A program made the translations under genes and the position numbers. The notes below the pieces were generated by a model. It saw nothing but the letters and a program-made list of their open reading frames with translations. It searched no databases and had not been told where the DNA came from. A stretch of DNA of 64,000 nucleotides from Bacteroidales bacterium (GTDB lineage: Bacteria; Bacteroidota; Bacteroidia; Bacteroidales; UBA3824), in assembly GCA_016286055.1 (NCBI GenBank), contig JAEERW010000002.1, forward strand, positions 136,458 through 200,457. The letters run 5' to 3'. The first letter of the stretch is position 1; each line of letters opens with the position of its first letter. Positions 45,385 through 56,300 of the stretch are shown in pieces.

Positions 45385-46302
45385 ATGCGTAATACTAAAA
45401 CAATAGGCTACCTTTTGGCGGCATTCTCAGTACTTGTATGGGGTGTAACATTTGTATCTACCAAGGCATTGCTTACAGATTTTTCGGCGTTGGAGATTCT
45501 TCTCTACCGTTTTGTGGCGGCATATTTTGCGTTGTGGATTATCCGTCCAAAGGTTGAAAAAATAACTCTGAAAGAAAACCTGATGTTTGCCCTCGCGGGT
45601 CTGTCAGGCGTGGTGGTGTATCAGTTTGCCGAAAACGCCGCACTTAGTTACACCGCTTGCAGCAATGTTAGCATAATAGTATCGCTTTGTCCGATGCTTA
45701 CGGCGGTAATTGCGCAGATTTTTCTTAAAGAACGGCACATCAACACCTTTTTTATAATAGGCTTTGTAATTGCAATAACGGGTGTGGCAATGGTGAGTCT
45801 CAACGGCATTGGCACATTGGAATTTAACCCCAAGGGCGACCTTCTTGCATTCTTTGCCGCCGTATGTTGGGGATTTTATTCGCTGTGCGTTTCGGTAATC
45901 AACCGTCACAAATACGATTCGATATGCAGCACCCGACGCATATTCTTCTATGCGCTGATATTTATGATACCGTGGGTTTTGTTTGGCACCAAGGCAAGTC
46001 CCGACAGTCCGTCGTATTTCACCTTCGACGCCGACACCAACATCAGCCGCTTCTCGTCGCTCGCCAACATCTTCAACACATTGTTTCTCGGCGTAGTGGC
46101 ATCGGCATTATGCTTTTGCGCATGGAACAAAGCATGCAACATCATCGGCACGGTACGCATCTCCGCCGGTATCTACCTCATCCCCGTAGTCACCATCCTC
46201 TTTGCCCACATCTTCCTCGGCGAAAACCTATCCATCATGGGTGGAGTTGGTGCGGTTTTGGTTATTGCAGGATTGTTTTTGAGTGGGAGGAAACACGTGT
46301 AG
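45385..46302 (+). CDS. DMT-superfamily (EamA-like) transporter
   Basis: 305 aa with about 10 hydrophobic helices in two EamA-like halves. Confidence 0.75.
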   Translation: MRNTKTIGYLLAAFSVLVWGVTFVSTKALLTDFSALEILLYRFVAAYFALWIIRPKVEKITLKENLMFALAGLSGVVVYQFAENAALSYTACSNVSIIVSLCPMLTAVIAQIFLKERHINTFFIIGFVIAITGVAMVSLNGIGTLEFNPKGDLLAFFAAVCWGFYSLCVSVINRHKYDSICSTRRIFFYALIFMIPWVLFGTKASPDSPSYFTFDADTNISRFSSLANIFNTLFLGVVASALCFCAWNKACNIIGTVRISAGIYLIPVVTILFAHIFLGENLSIMGGVGAVLVIAGLFLSGRKHV

Positions 46303-46330
46303 AGACGCGCCATGGCACGTCTCTACACGT
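46295..46330. terminator. Perfect 13-bp hairpin between convergent genes (bidirectional terminator candidate)
   Basis: The arms are acgtgtagagacg (46295-46307) and cgtctctacacgt (46318-46330). The hairpin overlaps the EamA stop codon and ends 3 nt before the rhomboid stop. Confidence 0.6.
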
Positions 46331-46332
46331 AA

Positions 46333-46917
46333 TCAATAATACTCCGCATCGTCTCTATTGGTTCTTCTATAAAATCCATCCGAGGGAACATTGCGGAAAA
46401 AGTATGCAAGGGCTACGCCAGAAATGAGTCCAAAGAGATGCGCCTCCCACGATACATCGGGACTATTAGGGAAAATTCCCCACATTACGCCTCCGTATAT
46501 CAGAAATATAGGTATCGCCACCAATAGCGATTTGAAACTCTTGCGCACTACGCCGCTCGCCAAAATAAATCCTAATAGGCTGAATATCACGCCACTCGCA
46601 CCTATATGGTAACTCTCACCACGGGCAAAGAGCCATATCAAAAATCCGCCCATCAAGGTAGAAAGAGTCCATACTCTGAATGCCAAGTTCTCATAAAAAA
46701 ACAGCAGTACGAGCGTTAGCACAAACACAGGAATGGTGTTGGCTGTGATATGCTCATAGTCGCGATGGAGAAACGGAGCGCAGACAATGCCCCAAAGACC
46801 TTCCTGTGTGCGGGGAAGAATGCCGTAAGAGTTGATAGATTCGGGAGCAATACGGCTGATACCGAATATTATCCACATAAGTGCCACAATAGAAGCGGCA
46901 ATGGTGAGTTTTTTCAT
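46333..46917 (-). CDS. Rhomboid-family intramembrane serine protease
   Basis: Six helices, with the catalytic GASGVIFSLLG and HLFGLISGV motifs. Confidence 0.8.
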   Translation of the reverse strand: MKKLTIAASIVALMWIIFGISRIAPESINSYGILPRTQEGLWGIVCAPFLHRDYEHITANTIPVFVLTLVLLFFYENLAFRVWTLSTLMGGFLIWLFARGESYHIGASGVIFSLLGFILASGVVRKSFKSLLVAIPIFLIYGGVMWGIFPNSPDVSWEAHLFGLISGVALAYFFRNVPSDGFYRRTNRDDAEYY

Positions 46918-47000
46918 ACCTAAATTATTTGCGTTAATAACGGTGCTAAGTTACAAAATTTCGTTTTAATACGTTTCTATTCGCTTTATTTTTTGTTATA

Positions 47001-47036
47001 AAAAAAGCAAGCACTCCGTTTGCGGGGTACTTGCCT
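47001..47036 (-). terminator. Rho-independent terminator of fba
   Basis: On the minus strand an 8-bp stem (gcaaguac/gugcuugc) is followed by a U-run. Confidence 0.55.
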
Positions 47037-47063
47037 TTATATTAATTCGTGTAGTTAAAAAGA

Positions 47064-48062
47064 CTACAATTTGTCGTTAGAGCCGAGTACGTTCACGATT
47101 TTGTGGATGTACATCTTCTTCATGTTCTCGCGAGCGGGTTTGAGATACTGACGAGGATCGAAGTGAGAAGGATTCTCTGCCAAGTATTTGCGGATAGCGG
47201 CTGTCATAGCGAGACGAGAGTCAGAGTCGATGTTGATTTTGCAAACAGCTGACTTAGAAGCCTCACGGAGCTGCTCCTCAGGAATACCTACTGCATCGGG
47301 AAGTTTGCCGCCATACTTGTTGATTGTGTCAACTTCGTCTTGGGGAACAGAAGATGAGCCGTGGAGAACGATCGGGAAACCAGGAAGTTTCTTTTCGATT
47401 TCGTGGAGAATGTCGAAAGCCAATGGAGGAGGAACGAGCTTGCCGGTTTTGGGGTCGCGTGTGCACTGTGCAGGAGTAAATTTGTAAGCACCGTGCGATG
47501 TTCCTATTGAGATAGCGAGCGAGTCGCAACCTGTACGCTGCGAGAAGTCGATAACTTCCTCGGGTTTGGTGTAGTGCGAAACAGCAGAAGAAACTTCGTC
47601 TTCAACGCCAGCGAGAACGCCAAGTTCTGCCTCAACGGTAACGTCGTATTTGTGAGCGTAGTCAACCACTTTCTTAGCAAGAGCGATGTTCTCTTCGTAA
47701 GGAAGCGAGCTTCCGTCGATCATTACTGAAGAGAAGCCCATGTCGATACAATCTTTGCAGAGCTCGAAAGTATCACCGTGGTCTAAGTGAAGAACGATTT
47801 GAGGGTTGGGGCAACCAAGTTCTTTTGCGTATTCTACTGCGCCCTGAGCCATATAGCGGAGGATTGTAGCGTTAGCGTAGTTGCGAGCGCCTTTTGAAAC
47901 CTGCATAATAACAGGAGATTTTGTTTCAACTGCGGCTTGAACAATAGCCTGCATTTGTTCCATTGTGTTGAAGTTGAAGGCAGGAATAGCATATCCGCCT
48001 TTTACTGCTTTGGCAAACATTTCTCTGGTGTTTACCAATCCTAATTCTTTGTATGAAACCAT
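47064..48062 (-). CDS. fba: Class II fructose-1,6-bisphosphate aldolase
   Basis: MVSYKELGLVNTREMF..AIPAFNFNTMEQ..HLDHG..GTSHGAYKF..LHGSSSVP. Confidence 0.95.
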   Translation of the reverse strand: MVSYKELGLVNTREMFAKAVKGGYAIPAFNFNTMEQMQAIVQAAVETKSPVIMQVSKGARNYANATILRYMAQGAVEYAKELGCPNPQIVLHLDHGDTFELCKDCIDMGFSSVMIDGSSLPYEENIALAKKVVDYAHKYDVTVEAELGVLAGVEDEVSSAVSHYTKPEEVIDFSQRTGCDSLAISIGTSHGAYKFTPAQCTRDPKTGKLVPPPLAFDILHEIEKKLPGFPIVLHGSSSVPQDEVDTINKYGGKLPDAVGIPEEQLREASKSAVCKINIDSDSRLAMTAAIRKYLAENPSHFDPRQYLKPARENMKKMYIHKIVNVLGSNDKL

Positions 48063-48088
48063 TGATGTGTATGTTTATAAATTATGTT

Positions 48089-48508
48089 TTATTCGTTATC
48101 TTTAACTCCAAGCCATTCAACAGCCTCGCGGCGAGTATTAAAGCACTTGTATGCAATGTCGGTAACAGCCCCTTTGAGAAGTTGTTCGTTGCTCATACCC
48201 ACAAAGAAATCAACAGACTGAACCACAGCGCATTTTTTTAAGTTGGCTCTTTGTCCGCCGCTTAATAGCATACTAAACACCCATTTCTGCATATTCTCGT
48301 CATAAACAACGCCACGGTTAGTTTGGTCGGCAAGGTAATAGTCGGCCTGAGTAGAGGCTAATCCGTCGGCAATTTCAGTAATCACCTCTCTTACATACTC
48401 ATCAGATAAATCGTCTTCAAAACTAGTGGGTTTCCATTTGGTACCTAGCACTTTGGTTTCTTCGTCGTATGTTATCTTTACATATTCGTCGTCTTTTATT
48501 ACTTGCAT
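48089..48508 (-). CDS. Small cytoplasmic protein of unknown function, paralog 1 (SpoIIAA/STAS-like fold suspected)
   Basis: 139 aa. It shares the pattern Y..I.YDE......+WK...S......E.V..+ITEI......+...Y.+A+Q......Y....Q+WV......AN+...A.+.S.+....MSN+Q+..........F....A+.W+ with the next gene. Confidence 0.5.
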   Translation of the reverse strand: MQVIKDDEYVKITYDEETKVLGTKWKPTSFEDDLSDEYVREVITEIADGLASTQADYYLADQTNRGVVYDENMQKWVFSMLLSGGQRANLKKCAVVQSVDFFVGMSNEQLLKGAVTDIAYKCFNTRREAVEWLGVKDNE

Positions 48509-48590
48509 TTTGTATAGGTAGTTGGTGTTACTAATTATTTGGCGAAATTATAAAAACTCCATTAAAAAAAATAATTTCTCTGCATTTTTT

Positions 48591-49004
48591 TTATTTTTCT
48601 AAATTCATCCATCTTAATGCCGCAGATTCATCGGTAAAAGTAGCAACTTTTATTCCATTTTTGTTTTCCACCTCTCCTATCATTTGGTCGTTGCTCATAG
48701 ATACTGATATGTTGTCAGATTCTATGGTGGCCACATACTCCACGTTGGCGGCGCAACTTGCCTTGTAGAGACTCTCTGCTACCCACCGCTGAATATCAAC
48801 CGAATATGCCACTTCCTTGTCTTTCTGATTGGCTATATAGTTTTTAGGACGGCTCATCACAAGTTTTTGACAAATGTCAGTGATAATAGACTTTACTACT
48901 TCGGAATCACTAATTTCGCTGCTGTCTTGTTTCCAACGGGTTTTGAATAGTGATTGTGCCTCATCGAACGAGATGGTGATGTATTGGTCGTCGCGTAAAA
49001 TCAT
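48591..49004 (-). CDS. Small cytoplasmic protein of unknown function, paralog 2
   Basis: 137 aa, colinear with 48089-48508 (tandem duplication). Confidence 0.5.
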   Translation of the reverse strand: MILRDDQYITISFDEAQSLFKTRWKQDSSEISDSEVVKSIITDICQKLVMSRPKNYIANQKDKEVAYSVDIQRWVAESLYKASCAANVEYVATIESDNISVSMSNDQMIGEVENKNGIKVATFTDESAALRWMNLEK

Positions 49005-49163
49005 TTGGTTTACCTTTTTAAGATGAAAAATTTATTATTTGCATAGTTTTTTCTGTCAGTAGTAAAGATACGGAATTTTAAAAAAAAAGTCAATCTTTTT
49101 GGTAGAAAAAATAAAAAAAACAAAAAAAAGCCCTTAGGAAGGTTATCATTTTAAAAAAAGTCA

Positions 49164-49171
49164 TATATTTG
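49164..49171 (+). promoter_or_regulatory. -7 promoter box TATATTTG upstream of the GH94 gene
   Basis: Matches TAnnTTTG and lies 41 nt upstream of ATG 49212. Confidence 0.45.
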
Positions 49172-49211
49172 GCGATAAATGCATATCAATAAAAATTACT
49201 CTATCAAAACA

Positions 49212-51701
49212 ATGCAATACGGACATTACGACGACGAAAACAGGGAGTATGTAATCACTAATCCCGCTACACCTTGGCCGTGGATCAATTATCTCGGCAA
49301 CGAAGACTTTTTTTCTTTAATCTCCAATACCGCAGGAGGATACAGTTTTTATAAGGATGCAAAATTCCGCCGCATCACTCGCTACCGCTACAACGGTATT
49401 CCTATGGACAATGGCGGACGATATTTCTATATCAACGACAATGGAACCGTGTGGAATCCCGGTTGGAAGCCATGCAAAACCCCGCTCGATTTTTATGAGT
49501 GCCGCCACGGTATGAACTATACTATTATAAAAGGTGTGAAAAACGGCATTGAGGCTTCGGTGCTCTTCTTTGTTCCCCTAAAAACTTGGGCAGAGGTGCA
49601 GAAACTCACTCTCAAAAATACCTCCAACGAAAAGAGAACTATCAAACTTTTCTCGTTTCAGGAATGGTGCTTGTGGAATGCCGCTACCGATATGGAAAAT
49701 TTTCAGCGCAACTTTTCTACCGGCGAGGTTGAAATCGACGGCTCGGTTATCTATCACAAAACAGAATACAAAGAACGCCGCAACCACTACGCATATTACT
49801 CTGTAAATGTGCCTGTTAACGGTTACGACACCGACCGCGAATCGTTTATCGGACTTTACAACGAACTTTCTGCCCCTCAATGTGTTACAGCAGGCAAACC
49901 ATCTAATAGTCTTGCTCACGGATGGAGCCCCATTGCATCACATTATATCGAGGTAACTCTTAATCCCGGCGAGGAGAAAAACTTCATCTTCCTTCTCGGA
50001 TATGTGGAGAACGAGCAAAACGAGAAATTCGACGACGCAGAGATTGCCCGCAAACAGAGCGGCGAACTTATCACATCGCAGGCGTCAGACCGCACCTTAT
50101 TAAATAAGAAGAAAGCAAAAGCCACTATCGAGAATTTCTCTACCGTGGAGGCTGTTGATGCCGCTTTTGCCGAGCTCCGCAAGATGTGGGACGAACTTTT
50201 GGACAAATTTGTACTTGAATCGTCTGACGAGCGTCTCAACCGTATGGTCAACATCTGGAACCAATATCAATGTATGATTACATTCAATTTCTCGCGTTCG
50301 GCATCGTTCTTCGAGAGCGGCATAGGTCGTGGAATGGGTTTCAGAGATTCAAACCAAGACCTCGTGGGATTTGTTCATCAAGTGCCTTCGCGCGCACGTC
50401 AGAGAATTATCGACATTGCGTCCACACAGTTTCCCGACGGTGGATGCTACCACCAGTATCAGCCCCTTACCAAACGTGGCAACAACGATATTGGCGGCGG
50501 ATTCAACGACGACCCTATGTGGCTGATTTTCGGCACAGTGGCATATATCAAAGAGACCGGCGACTTCTCTATTCTCAACGAGCAAGTGCCGTGGGACAAT
50601 AAACCCGGCTCGGAAGTTTCTCTATTTGAACACCTTAAAATATCGTTCAACCACGTGGTTGAGAACCTTGGTCCTCACAAACTGCCCCTTATCGGTCGCG
50701 CCGATTGGAACGACTGTCTCAACCTCAATTGTTTTTCTTGGGATCCTAACGAAAGTTTCCAAACCACCGAAAACAAAACCGAAGGCTCTAAGGCTGAGTC
50801 GCTTATGATTGCAGGTTTGTTTGTAGTCTGCGGTAAGGATTATGTAAACCTCTGCCGTCAACTGAGCCGCACCGACGAGGCTTGTCGCGCCCAAAAATAT
50901 GTCGACGAAATGATTGAGGCTGTTAAGCAGCACGGCTGGGATGGCGACTGGTATCTCCGCGCATACGATTTTTATGGCAACAAGATAGGCTCTAAGGAAA
51001 ACGAGGAGGGCAAAATCTTTATCGAAAGTCAGGGCTGGTGCACAATGGCGGGCATAGGCTTGGAAGACGGTATGGTAGACAAGTCGCTCGATTCGTGCAA
51101 AAAATATCTTGACAGCGAACACGGTATGGTGCTCAACAACCCCGCCTACACCACCTACCACGTAGAAATGGGCGAAATTAGCTCTTACCCAGCAGGTTAC
51201 AAGGAAAACGCAGGTATTTTCTGTCACAACAATCCTTGGGTGATAATTGGCGAAACCGTTGCAGGACGTGGCGACGACGCTTGGGAGCATTACACCAAAA
51301 TTTGTCCCGCATATATCAAAGACCAAACTTTGCACAAAGTTGAGCCTTACGTTTACTCGCAGATGGTAGCCGGCAAAGACGCCGCACGTCCGGGCGAAGG
51401 CAAGAACTCTTGGTTGACAGGAACCGCCGCTTGGAACTGGTACACAATTACTCAGTTTATCCTCGGCATCAAGCCCGACTACAAAGGGATTTTGATCGAC
51501 CCATGCGTTCCAAAAACGGCAAAATCGTTCAAAATTACCCGAAAATTTCGAGGCGCAACCTACGAAATTGAGGTTTTCAACCCCTCCGGCGTGCAAAAAG
51601 GCGTAAAAGAGGTTTTGGTGAACGATAAAAAAATAGAAGGAAATATTGTTCCCATAGCCAAAAACGGAGAAAAAATTATAGTAAAAGTAACAATGGGCTA
51701 A
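49212..51701 (+). CDS. GH94 cellobiose/cellodextrin (or chitobiose) phosphorylase
   Basis: N-terminus [56 protein letters not shown]. The size (~829 aa) and ..[10 protein letters not shown].. are typical of GH94. Start set at 49212. Confidence 0.85.
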   Translation: MQYGHYDDENREYVITNPATPWPWINYLGNEDFFSLISNTAGGYSFYKDAKFRRITRYRYNGIPMDNGGRYFYINDNGTVWNPGWKPCKTPLDFYECRHGMNYTIIKGVKNGIEASVLFFVPLKTWAEVQKLTLKNTSNEKRTIKLFSFQEWCLWNAATDMENFQRNFSTGEVEIDGSVIYHKTEYKERRNHYAYYSVNVPVNGYDTDRESFIGLYNELSAPQCVTAGKPSNSLAHGWSPIASHYIEVTLNPGEEKNFIFLLGYVENEQNEKFDDAEIARKQSGELITSQASDRTLLNKKKAKATIENFSTVEAVDAAFAELRKMWDELLDKFVLESSDERLNRMVNIWNQYQCMITFNFSRSASFFESGIGRGMGFRDSNQDLVGFVHQVPSRARQRIIDIASTQFPDGGCYHQYQPLTKRGNNDIGGGFNDDPMWLIFGTVAYIKETGDFSILNEQVPWDNKPGSEVSLFEHLKISFNHVVENLGPHKLPLIGRADWNDCLNLNCFSWDPNESFQTTENKTEGSKAESLMIAGLFVVCGKDYVNLCRQLSRTDEACRAQKYVDEMIEAVKQHGWDGDWYLRAYDFYGNKIGSKENEEGKIFIESQGWCTMAGIGLEDGMVDKSLDSCKKYLDSEHGMVLNNPAYTTYHVEMGEISSYPAGYKENAGIFCHNNPWVIIGETVAGRGDDAWEHYTKICPAYIKDQTLHKVEPYVYSQMVAGKDAARPGEGKNSWLTGTAAWNWYTITQFILGIKPDYKGILIDPCVPKTAKSFKITRKFRGATYEIEVFNPSGVQKGVKEVLVNDKKIEGNIVPIAKNGEKIIVKVTMG

Positions 51702-51770
51702 AAAATCAATTTTTTTTAAAAAAAAAGTAAAAAAAATGTGATTTTTGTTATGTACATAACAATATTTACG

Positions 51771-51778
51771 TATATTTG
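51771..51778 (+). promoter_or_regulatory. -7 promoter box TATATTTG upstream of the histone-like gene
   Basis: Matches TAnnTTTG and lies 69 nt upstream of ATG 51847. Confidence 0.45.
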
Positions 51779-51846
51779 TAGGCGTGAAAGGTGAACAAAA
51801 ACTCATCAATCATATAATAACGACAAACTTTAAAACATCAAAAAAA

Positions 51847-52023
51847 ATGGAAGAATTAGTAAAAAAAATCGAAGAACTTAGCGCTGCATTCTTGAAAGAC
51901 GCTAAAGCACAGGTAACAAACGGAAACAAAGCTGCTGGTCAGCGTGCTCGCAAAAATTCATTGGAAATTGAAAAATTGACAAAAGAATTCCGCAAAGTAT
52001 CTATCGAAGCTGCTAAAAAGTAG
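51847..52023 (+). CDS. Histone H1-like small basic DNA-binding protein
   Basis: 58 aa (MEELVKKIEELSAAFLKDAKAQVTNGNKAAGQRARKNSLEIEKLTKEFRKVSIEAAKK). This matches the small Bacteroidota histone-H1-like family as I remember it. Confidence 0.65.
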   Translation: MEELVKKIEELSAAFLKDAKAQVTNGNKAAGQRARKNSLEIEKLTKEFRKVSIEAAKK

Positions 52024-52043
52024 TTTTTAACTATTACCTTTAA

Positions 52044-52081
52044 AAATAAACCACGAATTTTTACAAGTTCGTGGTTTATTT
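52044..52081 (+). terminator. Rho-independent terminator after the histone-like gene
   Basis: 14-bp stem aaataaaccacgaa / ttcgtggtttattt with a T-rich 3' side. Confidence 0.65.
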
Positions 52082-52109
52082 GTTTAATCACAGTTGTAAA
52101 TTTTCAACC

Positions 52110-53303
52110 ATGTTCAGATTGTTGCACACTTCCGACTGGCATTTGGGCAGGAAAATAGCAGGATACGACCGCAGCGCAGAGTTTGAGGCGTTTTTTGAAT
52201 TTCTGGAACGCACCATTGCCGAGCAAAAACCAAACTTGATGATGATTTCGGGCGACGTGTTCGACACTGGTGCGCCGTCGAACGAGGTGGTGAGGAGATA
52301 TTGCTCACTGTTGGTAAGACTTCACGCACTTTTCCCTGATTTGCAAGTGGTTATCACATGCGGCAACCACGATTCACCCTCATTTTTGAATATCCACGCC
52401 GAAGTGTTGGAATATTTTTCGGCAAAGGTGATAGGCAGCGTGGAGTATCAGGAAACAGAAATCGACTGGCAAAAGATGGTTTCTGAAATAGTGTCAGACG
52501 GCAAACCCGCCGCAATATTATGCTCCGTGCCGTATCTGCGTAGCGGCGACCTTAGGCGTTTGGGCGAAAATGCAACTATAAAAGACTTTTATACAAAACT
52601 TTACGCATTTGCCGACAATGTGCGTGCGGGTAGCAACATACCAATCATAGCCACAGGACATTTCACCGCCACAGGCGTAACTTCAAGCGACGGACTACCA
52701 ATAGTAGGCAAGTTGGAAGGCGAAGTTACCGACAATTTTCCGCCGTTCGACTATATAGGTCTCGGACACATTCACCGCGCTCAACATTGTGGCAACCGAC
52801 AGAATATCAGATATTCGGGAGGACCTTTGGCATTTGGTTTTGTAGAAAACCGTCAAAACAAGTCAGTAACCTTAGTAGATTTTGAAGGTAGCAAGTTGAC
52901 AGAGATAAGGCAGATAGACATTCCGCAAATTGTTGATTTGATGATAATTCCGGCAGAACCCGGCGACATTGCTGATGTGGAGCAAGCCTGCCGTCAACTG
53001 CCCGACAACAAAGATGCTTTTCTGGAAATCAACATAAAAAACGAGTTCAAGACACCCGAAAACAAAAATCTGATTATCAACGAGTTTCTGGCTGGGAAAA
53101 AGGCTCGTTTTTGCAATTGGCACATTCAAAAAGCAAAATCGGCAAACGTCCAAGAGTCTGACAATGTGCAATATACCACGCAGGAATTTAAAAACACCGA
53201 CCCATTGGAGGTGATTTCTCAAATCTTCCGTCAAAAGACATCTGGTGATTTAGACACCAAATATATTTCAATGCTGAAAGAAATAATCGAAGACCGCAAA
53301 TGA
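52110..53303 (+). CDS. sbcD: Exonuclease SbcCD, nuclease subunit D (Mre11-like)
   Basis: MFRLLHTSDWHLG..ISGDVFD..CGNHDS..GHF..GLGHIH. Start set at 52110, after the terminator. It overlaps sbcC by ATGA. Confidence 0.85.
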   Translation: MFRLLHTSDWHLGRKIAGYDRSAEFEAFFEFLERTIAEQKPNLMMISGDVFDTGAPSNEVVRRYCSLLVRLHALFPDLQVVITCGNHDSPSFLNIHAEVLEYFSAKVIGSVEYQETEIDWQKMVSEIVSDGKPAAILCSVPYLRSGDLRRLGENATIKDFYTKLYAFADNVRAGSNIPIIATGHFTATGVTSSDGLPIVGKLEGEVTDNFPPFDYIGLGHIHRAQHCGNRQNIRYSGGPLAFGFVENRQNKSVTLVDFEGSKLTEIRQIDIPQIVDLMIIPAEPGDIADVEQACRQLPDNKDAFLEINIKNEFKTPENKNLIINEFLAGKKARFCNWHIQKAKSANVQESDNVQYTTQEFKNTDPLEVISQIFRQKTSGDLDTKYISMLKEIIEDRK

Positions 53304-56300
53304 AAATCCTGAAAATCAACATAAAAAACCTTGCGTCGATAACCGATGCACAAATTGATTTTACGGTAGAGCCGCTAAAATCGTCGCACCTTTTTATTAT
53401 ATGCGGCGAAACAGGCGCGGGCAAAACCACTATCACCGACGCCGTGTGCCTTTCGCTCTACGGGCAGACACCAAGGTTTGCCGACACATCAAGCGACAAG
53501 CTCGAAATTCTCGGTACCGACGGAAAAGATGGAATAACCGTTTCCGACAAGCGCAACTTTATGCGCAAAGGCACTGCCGATGCATTTGCCGAAACCATCT
53601 TTGAGGGCGACGACGGCAAAGTGTACATGGCAAAATGGGAGGTGCACAAGGCCAACAACAAAACCGACGGAAAACTGCAAGGAAGCAAAAATACTCTTTA
53701 CAGCATTATCAACGGCGAGTTTATACCTGTTACAGAGAAAGTTAAGGAGTTTACCGAAAAAATTACCGAACTCACCGGTTACGATTATCAGCGTTTTGTA
53801 CGCTGCGTGCTGCTGGCTCAAAACCAATTTTCAAAGTTTCTCGCCGCCAAAACCGACGAAAAAGCCGACATATTGCAAATGCTCACAGACACGTCGGTGT
53901 ACGAAACCATCTCGATGCGGATATTCGAGCGTCAGCGTGCCGAACGCGAAAAACTTGAAAATCTGAAACTTAAACTTGGTGAACTTACCCTGCTCACCGA
54001 TGAGCAAATCAACGAGCGAAATCAAACCATTGCGGAATGCATCCGCCGTGAAACCGAATTTCAAAAGCAAATAGATAAAATACAACAACATATCAATTGG
54101 TTTACTCAACAGACAAACCTACAAGAAAAAGTAAAAGAATCAGAAAACCAACATCTTGCCGCTCTTGAAAACCATCGCAACGCCGAGCCTCTACGCATTG
54201 AGGCGGAGGCTATCAAAATTGCTGTTGAAAAGTTCAAAACACCCTTTGAAAATCTTGATCGCTGCACCGAGGCTTACAAATCTGATTGTAATGATTTTTG
54301 CGAAGAGTTTGACGACACCACTCTGAAAAACAAACCATACAACCAATTTGCCGACTATCTTGCAGATGTAAAAAATACTCTTACCACTCTCCAAAACCAA
54401 ATTATATTATTAAAAAACAACGAAAACAAATACCAAAATATACAGAGCATCACCGCCAAATTAGACAGCATTATAAAAATTAATCGCGACATAGAATCCA
54501 CTCAGGCGCAAATCAAAGGTCTACAAGACAACATCACGGCACAAACATCTGTTCTATCAGCCACCAAAGCGCAGTGCGATAAGAAAAATGAGGAGATAGC
54601 AATTCTTACAAAAAATTATAATACCGAAAACACCAAATTGCAAGGCTACAACCTTACCGAACTGCAAGCCCATCAAAAAAACGCCAACGAACAAATACGC
54701 ATTCTCGATGGAGCGGTAGAGGTGTTTAAAAACATCGACAACATAAAAAACGACATAGCCGCTCTTAAACAGCGCTACGATGAAAAAAACAAGCGCAGCA
54801 TACTGCTAACCACAGCCATAGCGCAAAACACCGAAAAATTGAAACTTGCCCAACAAGCCGCAGAAACCGCAAAGGAGAGTCTAAACAACCTTTTGAAAAT
54901 ATCCTCCGCCGACCTAAAAAAAGCGCGTATGAGCCTCCGCGAAGGCGAGGAATGTCCATTGTGCGGTTCGAAAAATCACCCATACTGCACAGGAGGCGAA
55001 CAGATTATCGACAATATGCTACTATCAGTCAAAGAGTTGGCCGCGCAAAAAGAATCCGAACTAAACGCCATAGCCAACACCCTGAGTGCCGACCAAAAAC
55101 TCCTTGACGAAATCAAACCCGAAATCGAAAGACTTGTCAATAAAGATATTCCCGAAAAACGTCAGGTATTGGAACGTGAATCTGCAAGAATTGAGAAAAT
55201 TAGAATATTTTTCAAATTTGAAAAAGAGTCCGACGTGCGTGCCGAAGTAGACCGCAAATCTATTGCACTTGCCGCCGAAAAAGAGGAGATTGAAAAATCA
55301 ATTGCGCTTTATACTCGTCAACGTGAGATAGTTGACAATCTCAACAAACAGATTGAAATTCAGAAAGAATCGTTGCAAAAACTCACCAACCAAGCCAACG
55401 ATGTCGACAAAAAAATCGCCACATTCAAGGCAAGTTCTGTGGAAATGCAAAAAATTGTAGAAAAAATTTCAACAGAAAAATCATTAATTATAAGCGAGTT
55501 GTCGCAATATTTTACCAACAACGAAAATATCAACACCAACGCCGCTGCCATTAGGTCGGCTTTGATAGAGGAGACCCGCCATTACACTGAATTGAAAGAT
55601 AATATTTCTCTTCTGGAAAAACAAACGGCGCAGTTAAACAACATCCGCAAGCGTGTAGACGAGATTTACCAATGCAACAGCCTCATTAACAATCTTATAG
55701 AACAGGAAAACATCCGCGATCCTCGTTTCAATTTCACCACAAGCAAAATTCAATTGTATCTACAACTTACTCAGGTTCAACGCGATGCCAAAGAGCAACA
55801 TCTCCGCCAATTGGACAACAAGTTGATTGAAACCGAATCAAATCTCAAAACATCTCGCGAAAACTTAGAAAAACACAACACTGCCCACGACCGTCCATCG
55901 CAAGAACTTAATATTGAGTCACTTCAAAACCTCAAAGTGGAAACCTCCAATCAACAGAAACAAAACATCGCCCTAAAAATCTCTGCCGAAAAAGACATTG
56001 AAGAAAATAGTCGCAAAAAATCTGATTATCAAAAACTTGAATCAGAAATTAATGTTCAGCAAAAGGTTTTCAACGATTGGGACTATCTAAATTATCATTT
56101 TGGCTCAAAAGATGGCAAACTGCTCAAACGAGCCGCGCAGACCTTCACGCTCAAAATCCTATTGGAACACGCCAACCAACGGCTTGCCAAACTTATGCCC
56201 CGTTACCGCTTTTTATCACCGCAGGGCACGCTCGACATCTTGGTCAACGACTGCGACGAAAACGCTGTTCGCCCAGTGTCGTCGGTGTCGGGAGGCGAAA

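Noticed and set aside
45864-46427. 187-aa plus-strand His/Arg-rich ORF.
   Set aside because: It overlaps the EamA transporter in another frame and runs through the terminator into the rhomboid gene. The composition is implausible.
50622-51809. 395-aa minus-strand ORF.
   Set aside because: It is entirely antisense to the well-supported GH94 phosphorylase gene. The sequence is Phe/Val/Cys-rich with no motif, so it is a shadow ORF.
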